Below, piece after piece: positions 9,267-17,240 of a stretch of DNA of 27,408 bases. How positions within the stretch are numbered: the stretch's first letter is position 1; every line of letters starts with the position of its first letter. Below the pieces are notes generated by a model. That model saw nothing but the letters and a program-made list of their open reading frames with translations. It made no database searches and was not told the DNA's origin. Made by a program: the position numbers and the translations under genes. This DNA comes from Acidimicrobiia bacterium. Its GTDB lineage: Bacteria > Actinomycetota > Acidimicrobiia > Spongiisociales > ZC4RG35. The stretch is from positions 1 to 27,408 of the forward strand of contig JBAPYG010000076.1 in assembly GCA_049284615.1 (NCBI GenBank). The letters run 5' to 3'.

Positions 9267-9791
9267 TCAGTTCAACTCGACGTCGTCGGGGAAGGTGGAG
9301 ACGACGGAGAGGAATCCAGGCTGGCGGCGGAGGACCCGTCGCCATTGGCCCTCGTCGGCGTCGAATGGGTCGTCAGGGGAGGCCTGGACCACGTACCACG
9401 AGCCCATGGCGATCTCCCCCTCGAGCTGATCGTGACCCCAACCCGAGTATCCGGAGTAGATGCGCACTGGCCCGGTGTGATCTTCGGGGGAGTCGCCAAG
9501 ATCGATGAGATTGAGCCCGGGCACGCCGGTGGGCATCCCATTCGACGTCAGCGACAGCCCGATGGCCACTGCGGGCTCGACCGGTCCCCCATAGTTGACA
9601 GTGGCCGGCTCGGCCACGTGAGCCGCCCAATCGGGAAGGTGGTCGGCCACCGGCTCGTCGGTGCCGCGATTTAGAACCACTCCCACACACCCATCCTCGT
9701 CGTGCTGCATCAACAGGACGACGGTGCGGAAGAAGTGAGGGTCGAGGAGGATCGGCGTGGCGACCAGGAGGCTGCCGGCGAGAGAATCCAT
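9267..9791 (-). CDS. YqgE/AlgH family protein (UPF0301)
   Basis: LLVATP.L.DP.F.RTVVLL, GVVLNR, GGPV, GYSGW...QLEGEI...SW. Start re-set to ATG 9791. Confidence 0.93.
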   Translation of the reverse strand: MDSLAGSLLVATPILLDPHFFRTVVLLMQHDEDGCVGVVLNRGTDEPVADHLPDWAAHVAEPATVNYGGPVEPAVAIGLSLTSNGMPTGVPGLNLIDLGDSPEDHTGPVRIYSGYSGWGHDQLEGEIAMGSWYVVQASPDDPFDADEGQWRRVLRRQPGFLSVVSTFPDDVELN

Positions 9792-9847
9792 GTCACTGCA
9801 ATCGTGGCACAACCCGGGGACGGGCGTGCAACTAGCGTGGACCGCCG

Positions 9848-10876
9848 ATGAGGGCACTCGTGAAACACCCAAACGAGACCGGGCTCCGCCTCGAGGAGGT
9901 GCCCGTTCCCGAGGCAGGGCCCGATGAGGTGTTGATCAGGGTCCACACGACCGGCATCTGCGGCACCGATCTCCACATCTACGAGTGGGACGAGTGGGCT
10001 CAGTCCACGATCCCGGCACCGATGACCGTTGGACATGAGTTCTCGGGGCACATCGTGGCGACCGGAGCCAACGTGTCCGGTTTCGTCGCAGGAGAGCTGG
10101 TGGGGGCGGAGGGCCATGTCGTCTGTGCCCAGTGTCGAAACTGCCTGGCCGGGCGGCGCCACCTCTGTCAACACCCGCGTGGCCTGGGCGTGAACATCCC
10201 GGGAGCATTCGCCGACTTCGTGATCGTGCCGAAGAGCAACGTGTGGCGTCATCTCGATGGGCTCGCCCCGGAGATCGCCGCTCTCTTCGACCCGTTCGGC
10301 AACGCGGTCCACACGGCCCTCAAATTCCCGGTGCTTGGTGAGGATGTGCTTGTCACCGGGGCCGGCCCGATCGGCGTGATGGCCACGGCCGTGGCCCATC
10401 ATGCCGGCGCACGCAACGTAGTGGTCACCGACATCAACCGTTACCGGCTGGAATTGGCGAAGACGATGGGGGCCACCCGGGTGCTCGACATCGCCAACGA
10501 CGACATCGACTCGGTCATGAAGGAGTTGGGCATCTTGGAGGGCTTCGATGTCGCTCTCGAGATGTCGGGAAATCCCTCCGCGATGCGTGACATCCTGGAC
10601 CACACCATCCACGGAGCGAGCATCGCCCTGTTGGGAATTCCCTCGGAGCCCTACTCGATCGACTGGTCGGTGGTCATATTCAACATGTTGAACATCAAGG
10701 GGATCTATGGACGCGAGATGTACGACACCTGGTACAAGATGAACGTGTTGATCCAGTCCGGGCTCGACATATCCCCGGTGATCACCCACCGATTCGATGC
10801 GGCCGACTTCGACCGGGCCTTCGCCGCCGTCAAGAGCGCCGACTCCGGCAAGGTCATGTTGCGCTGGCAGCCCTAG
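9848..10876 (+). CDS. tdh: L-threonine 3-dehydrogenase
   Basis: GICGTDLHIY, GHEF, structural Zn C-x2-C-x2-C-x7-C, DPFGNAVHT, GAGPIG, GIYGREMY.TWYKM. Confidence 0.95.
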   Translation: MRALVKHPNETGLRLEEVPVPEAGPDEVLIRVHTTGICGTDLHIYEWDEWAQSTIPAPMTVGHEFSGHIVATGANVSGFVAGELVGAEGHVVCAQCRNCLAGRRHLCQHPRGLGVNIPGAFADFVIVPKSNVWRHLDGLAPEIAALFDPFGNAVHTALKFPVLGEDVLVTGAGPIGVMATAVAHHAGARNVVVTDINRYRLELAKTMGATRVLDIANDDIDSVMKELGILEGFDVALEMSGNPSAMRDILDHTIHGASIALLGIPSEPYSIDWSVVIFNMLNIKGIYGREMYDTWYKMNVLIQSGLDISPVITHRFDAADFDRAFAAVKSADSGKVMLRWQP

Positions 10877-11688
10877 ACAGCGAGCTTGGCGTTGAGCCAG
10901 GCGACGATGTCGGCCACGACCTCAGGGCCTTCGGGCTCGTTGAGCGTCTCGTGCCTCAAGCCCTCGTAGACGGTTCGCTCCACGCAATCGACCTCGCCCA
11001 GCTTCTCCGAGCTCTCGGTCGGTACCAACACGTCCTCACCACCGTGGATGACCAGTGTCGGCAGATCGAGATTCTCCAGCTCGGCGTTCAGCCGGTCGAG
11101 CTCGGCGAAGGCGTTGGCCCCGAAGCGAGCCGTCGACTTCGTGACCACCAGTGGATCGGCGAAGTACGCCTCGGCCACGTTCGGATCACGGGAGAGATGC
11201 TCGCCGACCACCCGATTCGGGATGGCTGCCTTGGGAGCGACCCTGGCCAGGACGGGAGCGAGCGCCCGCTGCCAGGGTGCCCCGCCCACCAGGGCCGGTG
11301 CGGACAGGACCGCGACGTCGGGTCGGGGCCGATCGCTGAGCAGATACCCGAGAGCGATGGCACCACCGAGTGAGTGGCCCATGAGCACCACCGGGCCTCC
11401 CTGGGATCGGGCCCATTCGACATGCGCCTGGACCTGGTCGTGATACCTGCTCCAGTCGTCGATGTCCCAGCGACGTCCGCCGGAGCCGCCCGCTCCCATG
11501 AGGTCGAAACTCCGCACGTGGAAGCCGGCGTCGGAGAGGAGCTGGCCGGTGCGCTCGTATCGACCGCAGTGCTCGGCGATGCCGTGCACCAGCACGATGT
11601 GGGCGGTGACCGGTCCCGCGGGCTCCCAATCGCGGATCAGCTCGGTCCCGAACTCGGGGTGCGGTTGTGCTTTTGTCGTGCTCGCCAT
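10873..11688 (-). CDS. Alpha/beta hydrolase, lysophospholipase/monoglyceride lipase family
   Basis: VHGIAEH, nucleophile GHSLGG, HGGED, RHETLNE. Start re-set to ATG 11688. Confidence 0.92.
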   Translation of the reverse strand: MASTTKAQPHPEFGTELIRDWEPAGPVTAHIVLVHGIAEHCGRYERTGQLLSDAGFHVRSFDLMGAGGSGGRRWDIDDWSRYHDQVQAHVEWARSQGGPVVLMGHSLGGAIALGYLLSDRPRPDVAVLSAPALVGGAPWQRALAPVLARVAPKAAIPNRVVGEHLSRDPNVAEAYFADPLVVTKSTARFGANAFAELDRLNAELENLDLPTLVIHGGEDVLVPTESSEKLGEVDCVERTVYEGLRHETLNEPEGPEVVADIVAWLNAKLAV

Positions 11689-11690
11689 GG

Positions 11691-12188
11691 TCAGAAGGTA
11701 TATCGAGTGAGATCTTTGGGGAAGTCGCTCCACGCCATGACTTTTCGAGGGGCGATGTACCGCATGCCCCCGGCGATGTCGTCTGACCACTGGTCGGGCG
11801 ACGGTGTGTACTCCGGGCCGTACTTACGGTGATACTCGGCGGCGAGTCTCTCCCCGAGATCTCCCACGATCGGCTCGGGCACCAGCGATTCCCCTTCCAG
11901 GATCGTCACCACGCTCCCACTCTCGAGATGCAATGCGCATGTCGGGTTGACGTCGAGGTTGCGCACGTGGCGGGTCTCGGGTGACCCGTCGTACCAGAAC
12001 CGCTGATCGAGCCACACGCCCCAGCGCGGCACCACGTGGGGGCGGCCGCCTGGCCGGGTCGTGGACAACCAATAGTGGAGACTCTCGGTCATCCTCTCCT
12101 CGATCTCCTGCCATTCGATGAATGCGGCTGCCTGCTCCACGCCGTAGCCAGACGGCATGTCGGGTCGATCGCGTCGCGGCTCACCCAT
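11691..12188 (-). CDS. Pyridoxamine 5'-phosphate oxidase-like (split-barrel FMN/F420-binding) protein
   Basis: YWLSTTRPGGRPHVVPRWGVW, RNL..NP, and a C-terminal P.KVMAW...TR. ATG overlaps the gcvT end. Confidence 0.88.
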   Translation of the reverse strand: MGEPRRDRPDMPSGYGVEQAAAFIEWQEIEERMTESLHYWLSTTRPGGRPHVVPRWGVWLDQRFWYDGSPETRHVRNLDVNPTCALHLESGSVVTILEGESLVPEPIVGDLGERLAAEYHRKYGPEYTPSPDQWSDDIAGGMRYIAPRKVMAWSDFPKDLTRYTF

Positions 12189-13227
12189 GATGGAACGGCG
12201 GCTCAACGATGCGTCCGGGGACCTGCCGGCCCCTGATCTCGACTTCCATCGTCTCCCCGACCACGGCCGGCGGAGCGATGTAGCCGAGGCCGATCCCGGT
12301 GTCGAGCATCGGGCTCAGGTTGCCCGATGTCACCTCGCCCGCTCCCCCACCGGAGGTGGACAGCCGGTGCCCGTGCCGGGGAATGCCTCGCCCATCGAGG
12401 ACGAATCCGCTGAGCCTGCGCTCGACCCCGTGATCGAGCTGAGCGGCCAGAGTCTCCTTGCCGACGAAGTCGTGATCCAACGACACCGCGAAATCGAGAC
12501 CGGCCTCGATCGGGCTGGTCGTCTCGTCGATGTCTTCGCCCCAGAGGGCGAGCCCGGCCTCGAGTCGGAGTGTGTCTCGTGCGCCCAGCCCACATGGGGT
12601 GGCGCCCGCGTCGACCAGGGCCGACATGAGCCCGGGTGCGGTCTCGGAGTCGATGCACAGCTCGGCCCCTGGCTCACCGGTGTATCCGGTGCCCGCCATG
12701 CGCAGTGACTCGCCTCCATAGTCGAGGGTGCGGTTGCGAAAGCGTCGTGGGGCCTCCCCGACCACGCTCTCGAGAAGATCGTGAGATGCAGGGCCCTGGA
12801 CCGCGAGAAGCACCGTGCTCTGCTGGACATCGGCGACGTGACAGCTCTCGCGGGCGGAGAACGCTGCCATCACGCGATCGTGGTTGGCCGCATTCGGCAT
12901 CACCCAATAGCGGTCGTCATCCCACCACCAAACGATGAGGTCGTCGACGATCCCGCCTCCGTCGTTGAGGATCATCGTGTATTGACATCGTCCGGGTGCG
13001 ATGCGATCGAGGTCATTGCAGAGGAGGTCGTCGAGTGCGTCCCGTGCGCCGTCTCCGGTCAGTTCGAACCGACCGAGATGGGTGACGTCGAATACACCGA
13101 CGCTCTCACGCACGGCGCGATGCTCGGCCAGGACCGACTCGTACTGGACCGGCATCTCCCAGCCACCGAAGTCGACGAACCTGGCTCCCAGACCTCGGTT
13201 GAGGTCGTGGAGGGGGGATCTCTTCAT
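12181..13227 (-). CDS. gcvT: Glycine cleavage system aminomethyltransferase T
   Basis: FGGWEMPVQY, EH.AVR, FDVTH, GYTGE, GLGARDTLRLEAG, VTSG..SP. Confidence 0.97.
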   Translation of the reverse strand: MKRSPLHDLNRGLGARFVDFGGWEMPVQYESVLAEHRAVRESVGVFDVTHLGRFELTGDGARDALDDLLCNDLDRIAPGRCQYTMILNDGGGIVDDLIVWWWDDDRYWVMPNAANHDRVMAAFSARESCHVADVQQSTVLLAVQGPASHDLLESVVGEAPRRFRNRTLDYGGESLRMAGTGYTGEPGAELCIDSETAPGLMSALVDAGATPCGLGARDTLRLEAGLALWGEDIDETTSPIEAGLDFAVSLDHDFVGKETLAAQLDHGVERRLSGFVLDGRGIPRHGHRLSTSGGGAGEVTSGNLSPMLDTGIGLGYIAPPAVVGETMEVEIRGRQVPGRIVEPPFHHG

Positions 13228-13658
13228 CCGGTGAGGCGTTCGCCCCGGTCCTCGAGACGCACCACCTCGGGTTGGCCGGGCATCCTGGTTGGAGCGACCA
13301 CGTCTTCGAGATGGTCGGGCTCTTCGAGCCCGTACTTCACGACGAGATGGAGGTAGTCACGCTGGTAGAAGATCTTGCACTTGACGTCGGGGTGGTAGCG
13401 CTTGAGAAGCCGGACCTTCTTGTTCTTCTTGGTCACGAGCTTTTGATTCATCGTGGTGATCTCGATGAAGAGATCATCGTCGGGCATGTAGAAGTCAGGC
13501 GTGAAGAATTTGACCGGTTCGCCGTCGTCGAAGCCGATCGGGAAGCTGCGTGGCTCGTATTCCCAGGGCACACCGTAGAAATCGAGGAGGAGTGCGAACT
13601 GCCGTTCGCTGTTGTGAGCGAACTCGACCTCGTGAGCAGTTCGTGGTTCGGTGTTCAG
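13224..13658 (-). CDS. PD-(D/E)XK-like nuclease-fold protein; probable non-canonical (CTG) start or frameshift from the MerR gene
   Basis: The frame continues upstream of the track GTG (13571) as LNTEPRTAHEVEFAHNSERQFALLLDFYG, then WEYEP...FTPDFY...FIEIT...KKNKK. The first CTG (13658-13656) overlaps the MerR stop. ATGA overlap with gcvT. Confidence 0.8.
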   Translation of the reverse strand: MNTEPRTAHEVEFAHNSERQFALLLDFYGVPWEYEPRSFPIGFDDGEPVKFFTPDFYMPDDDLFIEITTMNQKLVTKKNKKVRLLKRYHPDVKCKIFYQRDYLHLVVKYGLEEPDHLEDVVAPTRMPGQPEVVRLEDRGERLTG

Positions 13659-14131
13659 GGGGCTCCTACCTCGACAACCCCGGCTAGTTGGTCTTCTTCT
13701 GGAAACAACTGGTGAATCGCACCTTCTACCTGGTCCTGGACCGGTCCGATCGCGATGCTGAACACACCCTGTCCCCGACGGAGGACATCGACGACTTCCT
13801 GATCGGAGTGAGCGGCGTAGATCGTCTGACCGTCACTGAGCAGCGTCACGTCGGCCAGCGGCTGATCGGAGTCGAGCTCGGCCCGGAGGATCTCGACCGC
13901 GGAGCGAATCTTCTTGAGACTCATCCCGGCGTCGAGGAGGTTCTTGATCACTTTGAGTTGAACGACATCAGTGAAGGAGTAGAGACGTTGGGAGCCCGAG
14001 CCGTGGGCTTGAGCCAGAGAGGGCACGATCAGCCCGGTTCGAGCCCAATAATCCAGCTGCCGGTAGGTGATTCCGACCAGCTTGCAAACATTTGGGGCGC
14101 GGTAGCCGCCCACTTCCCGCTCTACGGTCAT
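13655..14131 (-). CDS. MerR-family regulator, Rv1830/McdR-like
   Basis: GITYRQLDYWARTGL, GSGSQRLYSF.D...LK.IK.LLDAG.SL, TLLSDG.TIY, GQGVF; AGGAG RBS. Confidence 0.93.
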   Translation of the reverse strand: MTVEREVGGYRAPNVCKLVGITYRQLDYWARTGLIVPSLAQAHGSGSQRLYSFTDVVQLKVIKNLLDAGMSLKKIRSAVEILRAELDSDQPLADVTLLSDGQTIYAAHSDQEVVDVLRRGQGVFSIAIGPVQDQVEGAIHQLFPEEDQLAGVVEVGAP

Positions 14132-14150
14132 CAGGGTCTCCTGACTCCTC

Positions 14151-14169
14151 AGGTTACATCAGTGTAACT
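14151..14169. promoter_or_regulatory. Palindromic operator in the MerR 5' leader (McdR-type ACA-N4-TGT)
   Basis: GTTACA-tcag-TGTAAC perfect inverted repeat at 14153-14168, between the promoter and the RBS. Confidence 0.65.
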
Positions 14170-14180
14170 CCGCCGTGAGA

Positions 14181-14210
14181 AAGCTACTTCCACACCCCCA
14201 TCGGTGTCAA
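14181..14210 (-). promoter_or_regulatory. SigA/HrdB-type promoter of the MerR gene
   Basis: TTGACA (14210-14205), 18-nt spacer, TAGCTT (14186-14181). Confidence 0.75.
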
Positions 14211-14218
14211 TGCTTTCC

Positions 14219-14227
14219 TGTGGATAA
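14219..14227 (-). promoter_or_regulatory. Perfect DnaA box
   Basis: TTATCCACA on the minus strand (tgtggataa on plus), 8 nt upstream of the -35. Confidence 0.65.
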
Positions 14228-14322
14228 GTTGACGACCGGCTCCACGACGGTGCGGTCAGCCCTAGTGACGAACGACTGGCGTAGCTTCTCCAACCCATCG
14301 ACGAATGCCGAGAGGGGTGACC

Positions 14323-14619
14323 ATGTTCTACCGGATGACCCGGCTGCACTGGAAGGAAGACGACTTCGAGGAGCTGCTGGCCACCGCGGAGTCATTGCGA
14401 GGCCGAGTGGAAGTGTTCGACGGGCGGTTGTCCGCCGAGTTCGCCAAGACCGGGAAGGGCAAGGGAATGATCATCGCTGCGTATCGGTCGGAGTCCGACT
14501 ACCAGGAGGCCTCTGCTGAGGTGGCGTCGATCCTCGGCGAGCTCGAACGTCTTCTCACCTCCACACCTCACGGTCATCAAGGCACCGTTGCATTGTCGTT
14601 TGGGAGTTCCAGGACGTGA
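14323..14619 (+). CDS. Hypothetical protein, possible ABM-like dimeric alpha-beta barrel
   Basis: GAGAGGGG RBS before ATG 14323; about 98 aa with a beta-alpha-beta-beta-alpha-beta pattern (MFYRMTRL...GMIIAAYRSESD). Confidence 0.7.
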   Translation: MFYRMTRLHWKEDDFEELLATAESLRGRVEVFDGRLSAEFAKTGKGKGMIIAAYRSESDYQEASAEVASILGELERLLTSTPHGHQGTVALSFGSSRT

Positions 14620-14665
14620 CTGTTGCCAGCTGCAACGAAGACGCCACCGAACGGAGGCTCGGGTC

Positions 14666-15064
14666 ATGACCGACATCTTCCCCACCACTGAAATGGCCCT
14701 AACTCATCTGTTGGTGGTGTCAGACGTCTCAGCTTCGAGTCGCTGGTATCGAGACGTCCTCGGTGCCGAGCCCTACCGGGAGTACGGAACGTCCGCGGTC
14801 TTGTCCTTCAATGGCACGTGGCTCCTGCTCGTCGAGGGTGGTGACCCGACGGCGGACAAACCCGGGGTTCGCTTTCAGACGCCCGACCCGGCACAGGTCA
14901 CTCATTCGTTCACCGTCCGAGTCGAGAGTTGCGAGTCGAGCTATGAGACGCTGAAGACGAGAGGCGCCGAGTTCCTCACCCCGCCGTATGACTGGGGCGG
15001 CGAGATACGCTGTTTCTTCCCCGACCCCGACGGGCATCTCTGGGAGATCTCCCAGCTCACCTGA
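14666..15064 (+). CDS. VOC/glyoxalase family protein
   Basis: THLLVVSD...S.RWY.DVLG, PP.D.G.EIRCFFPDPDGHLWEI; GGAGG RBS before ATG 14666. Confidence 0.92.
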   Translation: MTDIFPTTEMALTHLLVVSDVSASSRWYRDVLGAEPYREYGTSAVLSFNGTWLLLVEGGDPTADKPGVRFQTPDPAQVTHSFTVRVESCESSYETLKTRGAEFLTPPYDWGGEIRCFFPDPDGHLWEISQLT

Positions 15065-15119
15065 TGCCACCGGGTGAGAGGTCTCACCGAGCAGACCGGG
15101 CCTGAATCTGTGAAAGCCC

Positions 15120-16118
15120 TCAGCCGACTGGCTTGAGCAGCTCGGCGGCCCGGTCGACCTGATCCTTGGTTCCCACCACGACCAATCTCTCCCCGGGGGT
15201 GAGCATGACGTCCGGGCCGGGATTGACCACCACGGCATCGCTGTCGCCCTCGATGGCGAGAATCGTCGCTCCCGTCTCCTGGCGAATCCCCGAGTCCCGA
15301 ATCGTCTTGTTGGCCATGGCGCAGCCGGGGCCGATATCGAGCTCCTCGACACGAAACTCCACCGCGTTGCCATTGATGACCACGTCGAATATCTGGGCGA
15401 GCTCGGGTTGCAGGGCCATCATCGCCAGCCTCTCGGCGCCCACCGCTTGCGGCGCCACCACCGCGTCGGCGCCGGCAAGTCGCAGCTTGCGCTCCGATTC
15501 CATCTCGGTCGCCCTGCAGATCACCCTCAGCTCGGGGCGCAACGACTTCACGGAGAGTGCGATGACGAGGTTGTCCGAGTCGTCGGCCACACATGCGATG
15601 AGAGACTCGGCCTCGTGCACCCCCGCCAGCTCGAGTACGTCATTGTGGGTCGCATCTCCCCTGATCACCAGGGCACCACTGGACCGCGCCGCCTCGGCTC
15701 GCGTGGCGTCGGACTCGATGACGGCGACCGGGATGTCACGGTCGCGGAGTGTCACCCACGTACCCCGACCGACCCGGCCGAATCCACAAACGATGACGTG
15801 ACCGGACAACTTGGCGATCTCTCGCTCCATCTTCCTCTTCCTTCGGACCTCCTCGAGGTCCACGATGTACTCGATGGACGCGGCTGCAGTGTAAAGGGCG
15901 ACTCCTATCCCCAACACGATCAGCAGCACGGTGAAGAGCTCACCGGAGCGTGACAACGGGAACTCCTCGCCAAAGCCCACAGTGCTCACCGTGATCGCCA
16001 CCATGAAGAAGGCGTCCTGGACCGACGCACCTTCGATGAGTATGTACCCGGCGGTGCCGAAGATGACAACGATGGCCAGCAGGCCCAGGCCGTAACCTAT
16101 TTGCCGGCGGGAGTCCAC
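15120..16118 (-). CDS. MthK/TrkA-type potassium channel (2TM pore + RCK_N + RCK_C)
   Basis: Selectivity filter TVGFG, Rossmann CGFGRVG, GDAT, C-terminal RCK_C (NPGPD...GERLVVVG). Confidence 0.93.
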   Translation of the reverse strand: MDSRRQIGYGLGLLAIVVIFGTAGYILIEGASVQDAFFMVAITVSTVGFGEEFPLSRSGELFTVLLIVLGIGVALYTAAASIEYIVDLEEVRRKRKMEREIAKLSGHVIVCGFGRVGRGTWVTLRDRDIPVAVIESDATRAEAARSSGALVIRGDATHNDVLELAGVHEAESLIACVADDSDNLVIALSVKSLRPELRVICRATEMESERKLRLAGADAVVAPQAVGAERLAMMALQPELAQIFDVVINGNAVEFRVEELDIGPGCAMANKTIRDSGIRQETGATILAIEGDSDAVVVNPGPDVMLTPGERLVVVGTKDQVDRAAELLKPVG

Positions 16119-16627
16119 TACGAGCCCTGCTCGCCTCCGAGGAAATCCTCGACCGTGACCTCTTCGAGGAACTCGCGGAAGCGAGCCACTTCCTCTTCCT
16201 CGTCGTCGTCCTCGAAGTGGACCGCGGCCTCGTCGAGCACCGAAGCCGAGGCGAATACCGGCGTGCCGGTGCGCACCGCCAGGGCGATCGCGTCCGAGGG
16301 TCTCGAGGAGACCTTGGTCTCTTTGCCTGAGACCTCGAGTGCGAGATCGGCGAAGAAGATGGACTCACGCATCTCCGTGATCACCACACTGATCGGGAGG
16401 GCACCGACGGCGTCGATGATCGACCTCATCAGGTCGTGTGTCAGGGGTCGGGGTGGTTCGACACCCTCCATGGCCGTGGCTATGGCGGTCGCTTCACTCG
16501 CCCCTATCCAGATGGGCAGGTAGCGCGTCCCCCCCTCCTCGCGCAGGAGCACAATGGGCTGGTTCGAGGGGAGCTCGACCCTCACACCCACGACTTCCAT
16601 GGGTATCGGAGCTGCGTCACCGGCCAT
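16118..16627 (-). CDS. Bifunctional nuclease family protein (DUF151/BFN, Rv1829-like)
   Basis: PIVLL, LPIWIG..EA.AI, RPLTHDL, SRPSDAIALA.R. Confidence 0.94.
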   Translation of the reverse strand: MAGDAAPIPMEVVGVRVELPSNQPIVLLREEGGTRYLPIWIGASEATAIATAMEGVEPPRPLTHDLMRSIIDAVGALPISVVITEMRESIFFADLALEVSGKETKVSSRPSDAIALAVRTGTPVFASASVLDEAAVHFEDDDEEEEVARFREFLEEVTVEDFLGGEQGS

Positions 16628-16670
16628 GAGACGAGGTTATCACCGGTGCGGGACCAGGACGCAGTTGGTG

Positions 16671-17240
16671 TCAGTCGTAGCCCAATTCGGTGGCCAGGGC
16701 TCTGGGGTCGGCGACGAATGCCTCCATGTCGAGGACCGCCCATATGGAGCGAAGATTCCGATACAGCCCCTGCCAATCGAGGCCGTAGCCAACCAGGAAC
16801 TCGTCACCGACCTCGAACCCGCGGTATTCGATGGACACGTCTGCCACCCGTCGCCGACTCTTGTCGAGGAGAGCGGCCGTCGACACCGAGGCAGCCCCCC
16901 GATCGGCAATCATGTTGCGCAACGTGGTGAGAGTCAGCCCGGTGTCGATGATGTCCTCGACGATCACCACGTTCCTGTCGAACAAAGGCGTAGACGTGTC
17001 GAGGGTGATCCCGATCCGCCCGCTCTCGCCAAAGCGGTTCAAGCCGAGGAAGTCGATCTCCGAGGAGATGGGCACCGAACGCACCAGGTCGGCTCCGAAC
17101 GGGACCGACCCGTTGAGAATGACGAGGAACAGAGGGTCACGCCCTTCGTAGTCCTGGGCGATCGCCTCCCCCAACTCACCAACGCGTGACATGATCTCGT
17201 CACCGGGGAGGACTTCTGTGGCGATGCGTGTTTCAGCCAC
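16671..17240 (-). CDS. hpt: Hypoxanthine phosphoribosyltransferase-like protein (divergent)
   Basis: PRPP motif VVIVEDIIDTGLTL, LLDK, FLVGYGLD, YRNL. The usual SY loop appears as NRF. Start is GTG 17240 or 17249. Confidence 0.85.
   Translation of the reverse strand: MAETRIATEVLPGDEIMSRVGELGEAIAQDYEGRDPLFLVILNGSVPFGADLVRSVPISSEIDFLGLNRFGESGRIGITLDTSTPLFDRNVVIVEDIIDTGLTLTTLRNMIADRGAASVSTAALLDKSRRRVADVSIEYRGFEVGDEFLVGYGLDWQGLYRNLRSIWAVLDMEAFVADPRALATELGYD

Noticed and set aside
9710..10789. 359-aa minus-strand ORF
   Set aside because: Antisense shadow of tdh.
15065..15120. Faint glycine-riboswitch-like words (GAGAG, ACCGA, GAATCT) and the inverted repeat GGTGAGA-gg-TCTCACC
   Set aside because: It lacks the GAAGG and CTCAGG cores and lies between convergent gene ends. 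At most a terminator-like hairpin, with no U-tract.
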